NCBI GenBank assembly: GCA_037200125.1
Contig: JBBCGS010000002.1
Coordinates: 763,488 to 827,487 of the forward strand
DNA from: Gammaproteobacteria bacterium
GTDB taxonomy: Bacteria; Pseudomonadota; Gammaproteobacteria; Steroidobacterales; Steroidobacteraceae
Length of the DNA: 64,000 nucleotides
Direction: 5' to 3'
Both the position numbers and the translations under genes were made by a program. The notes beneath the pieces were generated by a model. That model was not told the DNA's origin, ran no database searches, and saw only the letters and a list, made by a program, of their open reading frames with translations. Below are positions 10,016 through 19,832 of the stretch, piece after piece. Within the stretch, counting starts at the first letter, position 1, and each line of letters starts with the position of its first letter.

Positions 10016-11467
10016 GTGACGCCGCCTGAAAACCCCGCCCTAGTGCCGCCAGCCGAAGACTCCAGCCGCCGAATGCTCCCATGGCTGGTCGCGGTCGCGT
10101 TCTTCATGGAGTCGCTCGACACCACCATCCTGAACACGGCGGTGCCGACGATCGCGCACGATCTCGGTGTCGCGCCGCTCAGCATGAAAGCCGTGCTGTC
10201 CAGCTACACCCTCAGTCTGGCCGTGTTCATCCCTCTCAGCGGGTGGATGGCGAACCGCTTCGGCACGCGGCGCGTGTTCGCCTCGGCGATCGGTCTTTTC
10301 GTGGCGGGCTCGTTCTTGTGTGGCATCGCGCGCAACGTCCATTGGCTCGTGGCGTTCCGTATTCTGCAGGGTTGCGGTGGAGCGATGATGCTGCCGGTCG
10401 GCCGCCTGACGATGGTGCGCACGTTCGCCAAGTCGGAGCTCATTCGCGCGATGAGCTTCGTGGCCATTCCGGGGCTGATCGGTCCGATGGTGGGGCCGGT
10501 CGCGGGCGGCCTGATCGTGGGCTATCTGCACTGGAGCGTGATTTTCTTCGTCAACATCCCGATCGGTCTTGCGGGGCTCTACATGGTGTACCGGCATCTG
10601 CCGGATTACCGCGAGACGCAGCGAGTTCCGCTCGATACCGTTGGGTTCGTTCTGTTCGGCAGCGGCGTTGCCCTGTTGTCATACGTGCTCGAGGTGTTCG
10701 GCGAGCACACGCTCAGCGCGCGCGAGATCGGCGGGTTGCTCGCCTTGTCGTTCACGCTGCTGCTGGGGTATTGGCTTCATGCCCGCTCCGAAACGCATCC
10801 GTTGTTGCAAGTCGTGCTGTTTCGCATACGCACGTTTCGTGCGGCGGTGAGCGGCAGTTTCTTCACGCGACTCGGGATCGGCGGGCTGCCGTTTCTGTTT
10901 CCCCTGCTCTACCAGGTTGGCATGGGCTTCACGCCGGTTCAGTCCGGCGCGCTGATGATTCCGCAGACGTTCGCGGCCATGAGCCTGAAGATGACCATGC
11001 CGAAGCTGCTGGCACGGTTTGGCTACCGCAATATCCTGATCTCGAACACGCTGATGCTCGGCCTCCTCATCATGCTGTTTGCGACTGTTGGGCCAGGCAC
11101 GCCGGTGTGGTTGATCGTCGCGCAGGTGTTCTGCTTCGGGTTCTTCACATCGCTTCAGTACACGAGCATGAACACGCTCGTGTACGCCGATGTCGACCCG
11201 CAGAGCGCGAGCAGCGCAAGCACCATCGCGAGCACCGGGCAACAGATGGCGATCAGCTTCGGCGTGGCGACGGCCTCGCTGGCCACGGCGTTCTTCGTGC
11301 CCGACCGGTTCAATTCGAGCGCGACCGAGATGATTCACGGCATTCACCAGGCGTTGATTGCGCTCGGCGTGCTGACGATCGTCTCGACGGTGATTTTCGT
11401 GCGGCTGAAGCGCGATGACGGCAGCTCCGTGAGCCAGCATCGGGCGGAGTTGCCAGCGGCGGAGTGA
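10016..11467 (+). CDS. MFS transporter, DHA2 (14-TMS drug:H+ antiporter) family
   Basis: GTG start. 14 hydrophobic segments and a typical MFS motif region GxxxDrxGrR-like (MANRFGTRRV). Confidence 0.9.
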   Translation: MTPPENPALVPPAEDSSRRMLPWLVAVAFFMESLDTTILNTAVPTIAHDLGVAPLSMKAVLSSYTLSLAVFIPLSGWMANRFGTRRVFASAIGLFVAGSFLCGIARNVHWLVAFRILQGCGGAMMLPVGRLTMVRTFAKSELIRAMSFVAIPGLIGPMVGPVAGGLIVGYLHWSVIFFVNIPIGLAGLYMVYRHLPDYRETQRVPLDTVGFVLFGSGVALLSYVLEVFGEHTLSAREIGGLLALSFTLLLGYWLHARSETHPLLQVVLFRIRTFRAAVSGSFFTRLGIGGLPFLFPLLYQVGMGFTPVQSGALMIPQTFAAMSLKMTMPKLLARFGYRNILISNTLMLGLLIMLFATVGPGTPVWLIVAQVFCFGFFTSLQYTSMNTLVYADVDPQSASSASTIASTGQQMAISFGVATASLATAFFVPDRFNSSATEMIHGIHQALIALGVLTIVSTVIFVRLKRDDGSSVSQHRAELPAAE

Positions 11468-11531
11468 CTCACCGAAGCCAGCCGGGAGGTGCTCGGCCAG
11501 CCGCAGCCCGGCCCGCGCTTGGGCGGCGCTC

Positions 11532-13256
11532 ATGGCCGCCCCTTTCTTCAAGGGGAGTCCGACACAGAACCCGGCAGCGTATAGTCGCCCCGCAACCGGG
11601 GAGAAACCGTTGGTAAAGGCTTCCGATCTGCTCGTCGCCGCCCTCGAGAACGAGGGCGTGGACCGGGTGTTTGGCATACCGGGTGAAGAGAATCTCGATG
11701 TCGTGGAGTCGCTTCGCAAGTCCTCCATTGAGCTCATCCTGACACGGCACGAACAGGCCGCCGCATTCATGGCCGCGACCCACGGCCGGCTCACGGGCAA
11801 GCCCGGCGTCTGCATCGCGACGCTCGGACCTGGCGCGCTGAATCTTTCCACGGGCGCGGCATACGCGCTGCTGGGCGCGATGCCGATGATCATGATCACC
11901 GGCCAGAAAGGCATCCGCTCGGCCCGTCAGGCGCGCTTTCAAATGGTCGATACCGTCGCGGCGATGAAGCCGCTGACGAAGCTCTCGCGCCAGATCGCCT
12001 CCGCGACAATGATCCCCACCCTCGTGCGTGAGGCGTTCCGCATCGCCAGCGAGGAGCGGCCCGGGCCCGTTCATCTGGAGCTCCCCGAAGACATCGCGCA
12101 CGAGGAATGCGACGACACGCCGCTGATCCCGCCCCATCCGGTCGAGCTTCCGGTGGCGAGCCCCGAAGCGCTCGATCGGGCGGCGGCGATGATCCTGCGG
12201 GCGCGCAAGCCGCTCGTCATGCTCGGCGCGGCGGCCTCGCGACCGCGCTCGACCTCGGACCTTGCCCAGTTCGTCGTCCGCTCGCGCATTCCCTACTTCA
12301 CTACCCAGATGGGCAAAGGGACGGCGCCGGGAGGCACCGAGCTCTACATCGGCACCGCCGCCTTATCCGAGCGCGATTACGTGCACGAGGCGATCGAGCG
12401 CGCGGATCTCATCATCACCATCGGTCACGATACGGTGGAGAAGCCACCGTTCATCATGGGCGCACAGGGGCCGCAGGTAATCCACGTCGGCTATCTGCCC
12501 GCGAACGTCGAGCAGGTGTATTTTCCCCAGGCGGAAGTGATCGGCGATCTCGGCACATCGCTTCGGCTTCTCGCCGATCGCATCGAAGGCCGAATGCCGA
12601 ACGCGCAGGCGCTGCTGCCGCTTCGCGAAGGCATCCTGAGGCGAATCGCCTCCCGGGACACCGAAGATCGCTTTACCCCGCAACGGATCGTGCACGACGT
12701 ACGCGCGGTGATGCCCGCGGACGGCATCCTCGCGCTCGACAACGGCATGTACAAAATCTGGTTCGCGCGAAACTATCGCACCCGAATCGCGAACACGCTG
12801 CTCCTCGACAACGCGCTTGCGACCATGGGCGCGGGCTTGCCCTCCGCGATGATGGCCGCGCTGCTGTATCCGACACGGCGCGTGATGGCGGTGTGCGGGG
12901 ACGGCGGCTTCATGATGAACAGCCAGGAGCTCGAGACCGCGGTTCGCCTTCGACTGAACCTCGTGGTGCTCATCATCGCGGACGGCGCCTACGGCATGAT
13001 TCGATGGAAACAGGCCGTCGATCGGTTTCCGGATTTCGGCATGTCATTCACCAATCCGGACTTCACGAAATACGCGGAGGCCTACGGAGCACGCGGCACG
13101 CGCGTGGAAACGATCGGGGAGCTGGTGCCGACGCTCGAGAAGGCGTTCACGGACGGCGGAGTCCATCTCGTCGCGGTTCCCGTGGACTACTCGGAAAACG
13201 AGCGCGTACTGGTCCAGGAACTGCGTCAGCGCCTGCCCGTGACGAAGGAAGCCTAA
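11532..13256 (+). CDS. Thiamine-diphosphate enzyme of the acetolactate-synthase/2-ketoacid decarboxylase family (AlsS-like)
   Basis: N-terminal TPP-PYR domain (GIPGEENLDVVESL...LTGKPGVCIATLGPGALNL) and C-terminal TPP-binding GDG(X)24-27N motif (VCGDGGFMMNSQELET...). 574 aa. Confidence 0.85.
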   Translation: MAAPFFKGSPTQNPAAYSRPATGEKPLVKASDLLVAALENEGVDRVFGIPGEENLDVVESLRKSSIELILTRHEQAAAFMAATHGRLTGKPGVCIATLGPGALNLSTGAAYALLGAMPMIMITGQKGIRSARQARFQMVDTVAAMKPLTKLSRQIASATMIPTLVREAFRIASEERPGPVHLELPEDIAHEECDDTPLIPPHPVELPVASPEALDRAAAMILRARKPLVMLGAAASRPRSTSDLAQFVVRSRIPYFTTQMGKGTAPGGTELYIGTAALSERDYVHEAIERADLIITIGHDTVEKPPFIMGAQGPQVIHVGYLPANVEQVYFPQAEVIGDLGTSLRLLADRIEGRMPNAQALLPLREGILRRIASRDTEDRFTPQRIVHDVRAVMPADGILALDNGMYKIWFARNYRTRIANTLLLDNALATMGAGLPSAMMAALLYPTRRVMAVCGDGGFMMNSQELETAVRLRLNLVVLIIADGAYGMIRWKQAVDRFPDFGMSFTNPDFTKYAEAYGARGTRVETIGELVPTLEKAFTDGGVHLVAVPVDYSENERVLVQELRQRLPVTKEA

Positions 13257-13258
13257 CG

Positions 13259-14650
13259 ATGCCCCCAACGTTGCGTGTCGTTCAGGCGTTCGATCGCGCC
13301 GCCTTCGCCGAGCTCGAGACCGATGACCAGCAGGCGCTCGAACGCAAACTCGAGCTTGCGGCCCGGACCCTGCGCAATCGCGACGGGCGGTTACCCGCGC
13401 ACGAGAGGATGGCCCTCCTTCATCGCGCCGCCTCCCTTCTCGAGGCGCGTCAGCCGCAGTTCGCGAAGCTCATCGCGCAGGAAGGCGGCAAGCCCGCGAA
13501 GGATGCCGCGGTCGAAGTCGTGCGAGCGATCGATGGCCTGCGAAATGCCGCCGAAGAACTGCGGAATTTCGCCGGCCGCGAAGTCCCGATGGGCCTCACG
13601 CCCGCGAGCGACGGCCGCTGGGCCTTCACCACGCGCGAACCGATTGGCGTCGTGGCGGCGCTGTCCGCATTCAATCACCCGCTGAATCTGATCGTGCACC
13701 AGGTAGCGCCCGCCATTGCGGTGGGCTGCCCCGTGATCGTGAAGCCGGCGCCGGCAACACCGTTGTCGTGTGTGAGGCTGGTCGCCCTCCTGCGAGAAGC
13801 GGGGCTGAGCGAATGCTGGTGTCAAACGCTCATCACCGCCGACAATGCGCTCGCGGAACGTCTGGCCACCGATCCGCGGGTTGCGTTCCTGTCTTTCATC
13901 GGCTCGGCCCGTGTGGGCTGGTACTTGCGAACGCGCATTGCCCCTGGCACGCGATGCGCGCTGGAGCACGGCGGCGCCGCGCCGGTCATCGTCGATCGGA
14001 GCGCGAACCTCGATCGCATCATCGAGCCCATCGTCAAAGGCGGTTACTACCACGCGGGCCAGGTGTGCGTCTCCGTCCAACGCATCTTCGTGCACCGGTC
14101 GATACTGGCGGCATTTACCGAGCGGCTCGCCACACGCGTGCTTGCCTTGCATACGGGCGATTCGCTGCTGCCCGAAACAGAGGTCGGGCCACTCATTCAT
14201 CCTCGGGAGACCGAGCGTGTCGAATCGTGGATCGAAGAAGCGCGGGCGGCGGGCGCCAGGATGATCGGCGGTGGCCGCTATTCCGAGACGACGCTGCTGC
14301 CGAGCGTTCTCGTCGAACCGACCGCCGATGCCAAGGTATCGCAGCTCGAAATCTTCGGCCCCGTGACCTGCGTCTATGGATTCGATGAGCTCGATCGCGC
14401 CATAGAGGCCGCGAACGCGCTGCCCTTCGCGTTCCAGGCGAGCGTCTTCTCGAACGACATCGGTCCGGCGCTTCGGGTCGCTCAGCGGGTGGATGCGTCA
14501 ACAGTCCTGATCAACGACCATACCGCGTTCCGCACCGACTGGATGCCGTTCGCCGGCCGACATCAGTCGGGCTACGGCACGGGCGGCATCCCCGCATCCA
14601 TGAAGGACATGTCGCAGGAAAAGATGATCGTCCTGCGACAGGAACTCTAG
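13259..14650 (+). CDS. NAD(P)-dependent aldehyde dehydrogenase
   Basis: ATG at 13259, 3 nt after the TPP-enzyme stop. Catalytic region EHGGAAPVIV...GQVCVSVQRIFV (Glu/Cys active site). 463 aa. The 847-aa ORF at 12107..14650 in the track is an upstream same-frame alternative-start artefact. Confidence 0.9.
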   Translation: MPPTLRVVQAFDRAAFAELETDDQQALERKLELAARTLRNRDGRLPAHERMALLHRAASLLEARQPQFAKLIAQEGGKPAKDAAVEVVRAIDGLRNAAEELRNFAGREVPMGLTPASDGRWAFTTREPIGVVAALSAFNHPLNLIVHQVAPAIAVGCPVIVKPAPATPLSCVRLVALLREAGLSECWCQTLITADNALAERLATDPRVAFLSFIGSARVGWYLRTRIAPGTRCALEHGGAAPVIVDRSANLDRIIEPIVKGGYYHAGQVCVSVQRIFVHRSILAAFTERLATRVLALHTGDSLLPETEVGPLIHPRETERVESWIEEARAAGARMIGGGRYSETTLLPSVLVEPTADAKVSQLEIFGPVTCVYGFDELDRAIEAANALPFAFQASVFSNDIGPALRVAQRVDASTVLINDHTAFRTDWMPFAGRHQSGYGTGGIPASMKDMSQEKMIVLRQEL

Positions 14651-14686
14651 CCACACCGTTCACCACCTGACACTCGCGGAGAACCC

Positions 14687-15091
14687 ATGAGCAATCACTA
14701 TCACGCACTGGTCTGGCTCGACCATCGCGAAGCGAAAGTATTTCACTTCAACGCAACGGAATCCGAACACGTCGTCGTGAAAAGCACGCACCACGGAGAG
14801 CATATTCATCATCACGCCAACTCTGGCGACAGCGGCCATGTTCCCGTCGATCATGCGTACCTGGAAAAGGTGGCTCATGAGATAGCGAGTGCGGGCGCCA
14901 TCCTCGTCGCGGGACCGGGGAACGCAAGGAAGGAGCTGATGAGCTATCTCGAGAGCCGCAACCCCGCCCTGGCGGCGAAGGTCACCGGCCTGGAGGCGGC
15001 GGACCACCCGACCGATGGCGAATTGCTGGCACACGCGCGCAAGTTCTTCCATGCGGACGACCGGATGCATTCCCAGATTCACCCGCGCTGA
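14687..15091 (+). CDS. Small conserved His-rich hypothetical protein (134 aa)
   Basis: Clean ORF 37 nt after the aldehyde dehydrogenase stop. His-rich segment HHGEHIHHHANSGDSGHVPVDH. It may belong to the bacterial 'host-attachment/translational-machinery protein' group, but I cannot confirm this without a search. Confidence 0.55.
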   Translation: MSNHYHALVWLDHREAKVFHFNATESEHVVVKSTHHGEHIHHHANSGDSGHVPVDHAYLEKVAHEIASAGAILVAGPGNARKELMSYLESRNPALAAKVTGLEAADHPTDGELLAHARKFFHADDRMHSQIHPR

Positions 15092-15194
15092 GGCGCACCA
15101 TCACGAATGCCCTCTCGGCGGTGAGGGCATTGTTGCCGCGCGCAAACGGTAAGAGACACGTGTCGCGGCGCAGGCGGCGTCGCATTCTGATAGT

Positions 15195-18100
15195 TTGTTC
15201 ACCCTTATCCGGAAGATACCGAAAAGGGGACAGCAGGAAGTGACAGGCGCACCGCGCCCCGCTACCGCCCAGGTAGCGACGGTCTCCGCAATGATTCTGG
15301 GCTCGGCGCTCATCCTCGCGCTGTGCTACGTGCTCTACCGCCACGAGGCCGCGCAAGCCGTCACCCGGCAGGAAGAACGCGAAATCGTCCGGGTGGACCT
15401 GCTCACGCAGTTGATGCAGGACCAGCTCAGTCCCGCCGTCACCCACCTTCGCTATCTGGCGGACGGCGATGCGCTACGCGGCTACCTCGAAAACGGCGAC
15501 GCCGGCGCGCTCGAACGCGCCGCGCGACGGGCCGCCTTCTTCAGCGTGGAAACGCCGATCTACGACCAGGTGCGCTTCATTGACGCGAGTGGGCAGGAGG
15601 TCTTCCGCATCAATCAGGGCGGCGCCCGGGTCCCGCCGGATCAGCTGCAGAACAAGGCCGACCGGCGCTATGTTCAGGAAGCGAACCGGCTCGCGGCCGG
15701 CGAGATCTATATCTCCGCATTCGATCTCAACATCGAGAATGGGCGGATCGAGCAGCCGCTCAAGCCCACCGTGCGGTTCGCCATCCCGGTGTTCGATGCC
15801 GCGGGCCGGCGTCGCGGCGTATACGCCATCAATTTACTGGGGGGCCAGGCGATCACGCGGCTGCGGGAAGCCTCTTCGACGTTCGGCCATCGACTGCGAC
15901 TGCTGAACTCGCGCGGCTACTGGCTCAAGGCGGCGGACCCGAATCTCGAATGGGGGTTCGTGCTCCCGGACCGCGCTGAGTACACGCTGGCGCGGTCCGA
16001 CCCCGCATTGTGGTCGCGGATGGTGGCGCGGACCAACGGCCAGCTCACGACCGACAACGGGATTTTCACCTGGAAGAGACTCACGTCCGCGAACTACGTG
16101 CGTGCCGGCATAAGCGTTCGCAGCGACGACCCTTACCTCATCATGGCGTCCGAGGTACGCGGCGCCGAGTGGGACGCGCTGACCGTCGCGCCTCAGCGAA
16201 TCTACAGCACCGTCGCCGCGGCCCTTTTATTGCTCATGCTGATCAGCGTGTGGCTGTTTCGTGGCCGCCTGCTCGCGATGCGCGAACTGCGCGCCGCGAA
16301 TGACCGGCTCGAGCAGCGGGTCACCGAACGCACAGCGGAACTGGGCAAGACGCTCGAAGAACTGCGCTACCGCGAGGAGTTGCTGGAAGAGACCGGCCGG
16401 CTCGCAAGCGTCGGCGGCTGGGATTTCGACCCCGCCACCGGCGCCGGTCGCTGGACGACGGAAGTCGCGCGCATTCACGACCTCGATCCGGCGAAAGAAC
16501 CGAACAAGGAACTGGGGCTCACGTTCTATCCCGGCGAGTCGCGCCAACGGCTCCAAACCGCGCTTCAGGAGGCCCTGACGCACGGCACGCCGTACGACCT
16601 CGAGCTGGAGTTCGTCAGCGCGCTCGGCGTGCGCAAGTGGGTACGGACCATCTCGCGTCCGGTGATGCATGAGGGCAAGGTCGCGCATATGCGCGGCGCC
16701 TTGCAGGACGTGACGGCTCGCAAAGTGGGCGAGCTGAAGCTCAGCGCACAGTTGCAGCGGCTGCGATTGCTGGAGCAGATCACTCGCGCGATCGGCGAAC
16801 GGCAGGATCTCCCGAGCATCCTGCAGGTAGTGGCTCGCACGCTCGAAGAAGAGCTGCCGTTGGATTTCTCCTGCGTGTTTCTCTATCACGCCGACGAACG
16901 CATGCTCACCGTTGCCGCGGTGGGGTTCGCAAGCACACAGCTCGGCGAAGCGATGTCCCTCGTCGATCACGCGCGCATTCCCATCGACGAGAACGGGCTG
17001 TCCCGCTGCGTGCGCGGCCGGCTCGTGTACGAACCCGATATCGCCGAGCATCACTTCCCGTTCCCTCAACGGCTGCTGGCCGCCGGCCTCCGAGCCATGG
17101 TGGCGGCGCCGCTGCAGATCGAGAGCAAAGTCTTTGGCGTGCTCATCGCCGCGCGCCGCGAGCCAAACAGCTTCAGCAGCGGCGAATGCGAGTTCCTGCG
17201 ACAGTTGAGCGAGCACGTGGCCCTGGCCGCCAACCAGGCGCAGATGCACGGCGCGCTGGAACGGGCGTACGAAGAGCTGCGCACCACTCAACAGGCGATC
17301 ATTCAGCAAGAGCGGCTGCGAGTGCTTGGGCAGATGGCAAGTGGAATCGCGCACGACATCAACAACGCCATCTCGCCGATCATGCTCTACACGGATTCGC
17401 TGCTCGAGAACGAGACCGGCCTGAGCGAGCGAGCGCGAAGCAGTCTGCTCACCATCCAGCAAGCCGCGAGCGATGTGGCGGAAACCGTCGCGCGCATGCG
17501 AGAGTTCTATCGCGCACGCGACTCGCAGAGCGAGCTGCAGCCGATGCTTCTCAACGATCTGGTCCGCCAGACCATCGAGCTCACCCGCGCACGATGGGAG
17601 GCGATTCCTCAGCAGCGCGGCATCGTCATCGAGATCAGAACGGAGCTGGGCGTCCGAACGCAGGCCGCCCTGGGGATCGACAGCGAAACCCGCGAAGCGC
17701 TGACCAATCTCGTGTTCAACGCCGTGGACGCCATGCCTCGGGGCGGAACGCTCACGCTTCGCACCGGCACGCGCGCGGCGGACGGCCAGCCCGAGCGGGC
17801 GATGATCGAAATCATCGACACGGGCAGCGGCATGGACGAGCAGACGCGCCGCCGCTGCCTCGAGCCGTTCTTCACGACCAAGGGCGAGCGCGGCACGGGC
17901 CTGGGGCTCGCGATGGTGTACGGAGCCATGCAGCGTAATGGCGGCTCCATCGAGATCGATAGCGCGCCCGGCGCGGGCACCACGATTCGCCTGCTCTTCA
18001 CGATCGCCGGCGCATCGGAGAAGGCGAGCGACAGCGCCCTCTCCCTCAACGTGCCCTCCGGACTCACACTGCTGCTGGTGGACGACGACCCGACCGTGCT

Positions 18101-18458
18101 CAAGTCGCTGCGCGATACGCTCGAGCTGGACGGCCACACCATTCTTACCGCAAACGGTGGCCGGGACGGGATCGATGTGTTCCGCAGCGCCTGCCGCCCG
18201 GGCGGCCGCGCGATCTCAGTCGTCATCACCGACCTGGGCATGCCGCATGTGGACGGTCGTGCGATGGCAGCCGCGGTGAAGGAAAGCTCACCGCAGACAC
18301 CCGTCGTCATGCTCACCGGCTGGGGCGAACGGCTGATCGCCGAAGGCAACACGCCGAAACATGTGGACCGCGTACTGAGCAAGCCGCCGCGCATCCGCGA
18401 GCTGCGCAAGGTGCTCGCGGAACTGCTCGTTCCCGAGGGGAAGCAGGACCGCGCTTGA
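15195..18458 (+). CDS. Hybrid sensor histidine kinase (periplasmic Cache-like sensor, TM, coiled coil, PAS, GAF, HisKA, HATPase, C-terminal receiver)
   Basis: HisKA H-box GIAHDINNAISPI, N/G-boxes (NLVFNAVDAM, GSGMD, GTGLGLAMV) and receiver LLLVDDDPTVL...VVITDLGMP. The true start may be at MILGSALILALCY (about 15291). Confidence 0.9.
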   Translation: MFTLIRKIPKRGQQEVTGAPRPATAQVATVSAMILGSALILALCYVLYRHEAAQAVTRQEEREIVRVDLLTQLMQDQLSPAVTHLRYLADGDALRGYLENGDAGALERAARRAAFFSVETPIYDQVRFIDASGQEVFRINQGGARVPPDQLQNKADRRYVQEANRLAAGEIYISAFDLNIENGRIEQPLKPTVRFAIPVFDAAGRRRGVYAINLLGGQAITRLREASSTFGHRLRLLNSRGYWLKAADPNLEWGFVLPDRAEYTLARSDPALWSRMVARTNGQLTTDNGIFTWKRLTSANYVRAGISVRSDDPYLIMASEVRGAEWDALTVAPQRIYSTVAAALLLLMLISVWLFRGRLLAMRELRAANDRLEQRVTERTAELGKTLEELRYREELLEETGRLASVGGWDFDPATGAGRWTTEVARIHDLDPAKEPNKELGLTFYPGESRQRLQTALQEALTHGTPYDLELEFVSALGVRKWVRTISRPVMHEGKVAHMRGALQDVTARKVGELKLSAQLQRLRLLEQITRAIGERQDLPSILQVVARTLEEELPLDFSCVFLYHADERMLTVAAVGFASTQLGEAMSLVDHARIPIDENGLSRCVRGRLVYEPDIAEHHFPFPQRLLAAGLRAMVAAPLQIESKVFGVLIAARREPNSFSSGECEFLRQLSEHVALAANQAQMHGALERAYEELRTTQQAIIQQERLRVLGQMASGIAHDINNAISPIMLYTDSLLENETGLSERARSSLLTIQQAASDVAETVARMREFYRARDSQSELQPMLLNDLVRQTIELTRARWEAIPQQRGIVIEIRTELGVRTQAALGIDSETREALTNLVFNAVDAMPRGGTLTLRTGTRAADGQPERAMIEIIDTGSGMDEQTRRRCLEPFFTTKGERGTGLGLAMVYGAMQRNGGSIEIDSAPGAGTTIRLLFTIAGASEKASDSALSLNVPSGLTLLLVDDDPTVLKSLRDTLELDGHTILTANGGRDGIDVFRSACRPGGRAISVVITDLGMPHVDGRAMAAAVKESSPQTPVVMLTGWGERLIAEGNTPKHVDRVLSKPPRIRELRKVLAELLVPEGKQDRA

Positions 18459-18470
18459 AGAGGAGCCCCG

Positions 18471-19832
18471 TCAATACGAGGCGAGACTGTGGTCGCCAGG
18501 TGCGACGGCGGCGGTGGGCGCAAGCATCATCACCACCTTCGAGCGGGACGAGATCTTCGGTTGTTTCTTTGCCGGCACATACTCGTTCCAGACGAGGGCG
18601 AAACCGGCGCCCCATGGCGCAATCGCCGGGACCAGGGACCAGGGATCGCTGCGTGAAAGCCGATGCGCCTCTTCCCTCGGAGCGCCTGCGTCGTCGAACG
18701 TCTGGAAGTAGATTTCGTACTGCCCTTCGGTGTCGTCGGACCACGCTAGTCCCACGACACCACGATTCCACGCGAGGTACGCGCCAACGGAGCTACCACT
18801 CGATGTCGTGACCCTGTGGGCTCTCTGATCCACGGGGCTCTGGAACAGCGCGTCGGCATCACCGGCAAGCAAGTAGACCTCGGTGTTGCCATCGCGCGAG
18901 TCGAACCACGTCAGCGCGCCCTTGGCACCCTCGAACGCGATATCGGGATAGACGGACGCCGCTCCATCGTCATTCGAGAGGCGTTGTACTGAAACGGCGT
19001 CCGCTTCGGCGCGCACCAGATAGAGCTCGGATTGGCGCGTCCCGATCTTGGCATCGAACACCACCCATGCCCGCCCCTGGCCGTCCAGCGCGGCATTCAG
19101 GTTCCAGGTCGTGCGGCTCGCGACCGCCGCGCGCCGTCGGGGTACGACTTCACGGCCCTCGAGATCGAACCACGCGAACCACACGTCTGGCGCGTGGGGG
19201 CCCGAACCTTCGACCCAGGCGCAGAACACGCGATCGCCAGCGATGCGAATCACCGGGTTGCGCCCCATGTGGCCGTTGGCCGAGAGTCGTACTGTCCAGC
19301 GCGCGACGCCTTCACGTGTCCATGAGCCCAGGCGCGCCGTGAGCTCGCCGCTCCCGGGCATCTTGTCGTACCAACCTATGAAGATCTGGTCACGAGCCAT
19401 CTGCAACGACGGTTCATATGCGTTCCGTCGACCGTGGGTGAGCTGCAGCTCGCGCGAGACCGGCTCCGCGCCTCCAGTGAGACGCGCGAAGATCTGCGCG
19501 TACTTGCCACGGGTGTCGTACCACGCGACGGCGAGATCGCCGGTTCCCGGGGCGATGCTCGCCTCGTAGGCGCCGACATCCGAAGTGCTCATGACGAGGG
19601 GCGCGCCCGCCGCGACTTCGGCGCCCGATGCGCTCAATGCGCTCAATGCGCTCAATGCGCTCAATGCGCCCGATGCGCCCGATGCGCCCAATGCGCCCAA
19701 TGCGCTCGAAGCCGACGCCGACGCGCTGACCGAGGTGCTCGCGCCAACCGCGACAAATGCAAACGACGCGGCAACAGCCGCCACGGCCGCAAGCGCCGCT
19801 CTTATGCCCCGCCGGCCCGCGCGCCGTTCCAT
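18471..19832 (-). CDS. Secreted PD40-like (TolB-type) beta-propeller repeat protein with (S-A-L)n linker
   Basis: Signal peptide [28 protein letters not shown]. Repeated motifs AWYDTRG.., IGWYDKMPG.., FAWFDLEG.., LTWFDSRDGNTEVYLL, LAWSDDTEGQYEIYF fit the PD40 repeat consensus. The start overlaps the end of the CobN-like gene by about 30 nt. Confidence 0.7.
   Translation of the reverse strand: MERRAGRRGIRAALAAVAAVAASFAFVAVGASTSVSASASASSALGALGASGASGALSALSALSALSASGAEVAAGAPLVMSTSDVGAYEASIAPGTGDLAVAWYDTRGKYAQIFARLTGGAEPVSRELQLTHGRRNAYEPSLQMARDQIFIGWYDKMPGSGELTARLGSWTREGVARWTVRLSANGHMGRNPVIRIAGDRVFCAWVEGSGPHAPDVWFAWFDLEGREVVPRRRAAVASRTTWNLNAALDGQGRAWVVFDAKIGTRQSELYLVRAEADAVSVQRLSNDDGAASVYPDIAFEGAKGALTWFDSRDGNTEVYLLAGDADALFQSPVDQRAHRVTTSSGSSVGAYLAWNRGVVGLAWSDDTEGQYEIYFQTFDDAGAPREEAHRLSRSDPWSLVPAIAPWGAGFALVWNEYVPAKKQPKISSRSKVVMMLAPTAAVAPGDHSLASY
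19621..19710. repeat. 9-bp tandem repeat, about 10 copies (GCGCTCAAT/GCGCCCGAT/GCGCCCAAT)
   Basis: Directly visible. On the minus strand it encodes the in-frame (LSA)n / ALGASGASGALSALSALSALSASG linker of the PD40 protein. Confidence 0.9.

Noticed and set aside
10081-11418. 445-aa plus-strand ORF in an alternative frame of the MFS transporter gene, and similar large antisense ORFs (16227..18137 minus in the kinase gene, 42226..44253 minus in the DUF1592 gene, 35010..37187 minus in the ATPase gene)
   Set aside because: These are high-GC alternative-frame artefacts with Arg/His/Asp-rich translations and no membrane or domain features. The overlapping genes have strong homology.
12107-14650. 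847-aa ORF in the track spanning the 3' half of the TPP-enzyme gene and the whole aldehyde dehydrogenase
   Set aside because: Upstream of 13259 the translation is Arg/Gly/Ala/Ser-rich low-complexity sequence read in another frame of the TPP-enzyme gene. The real gene is the aldehyde dehydrogenase starting at the ATG at 13259.
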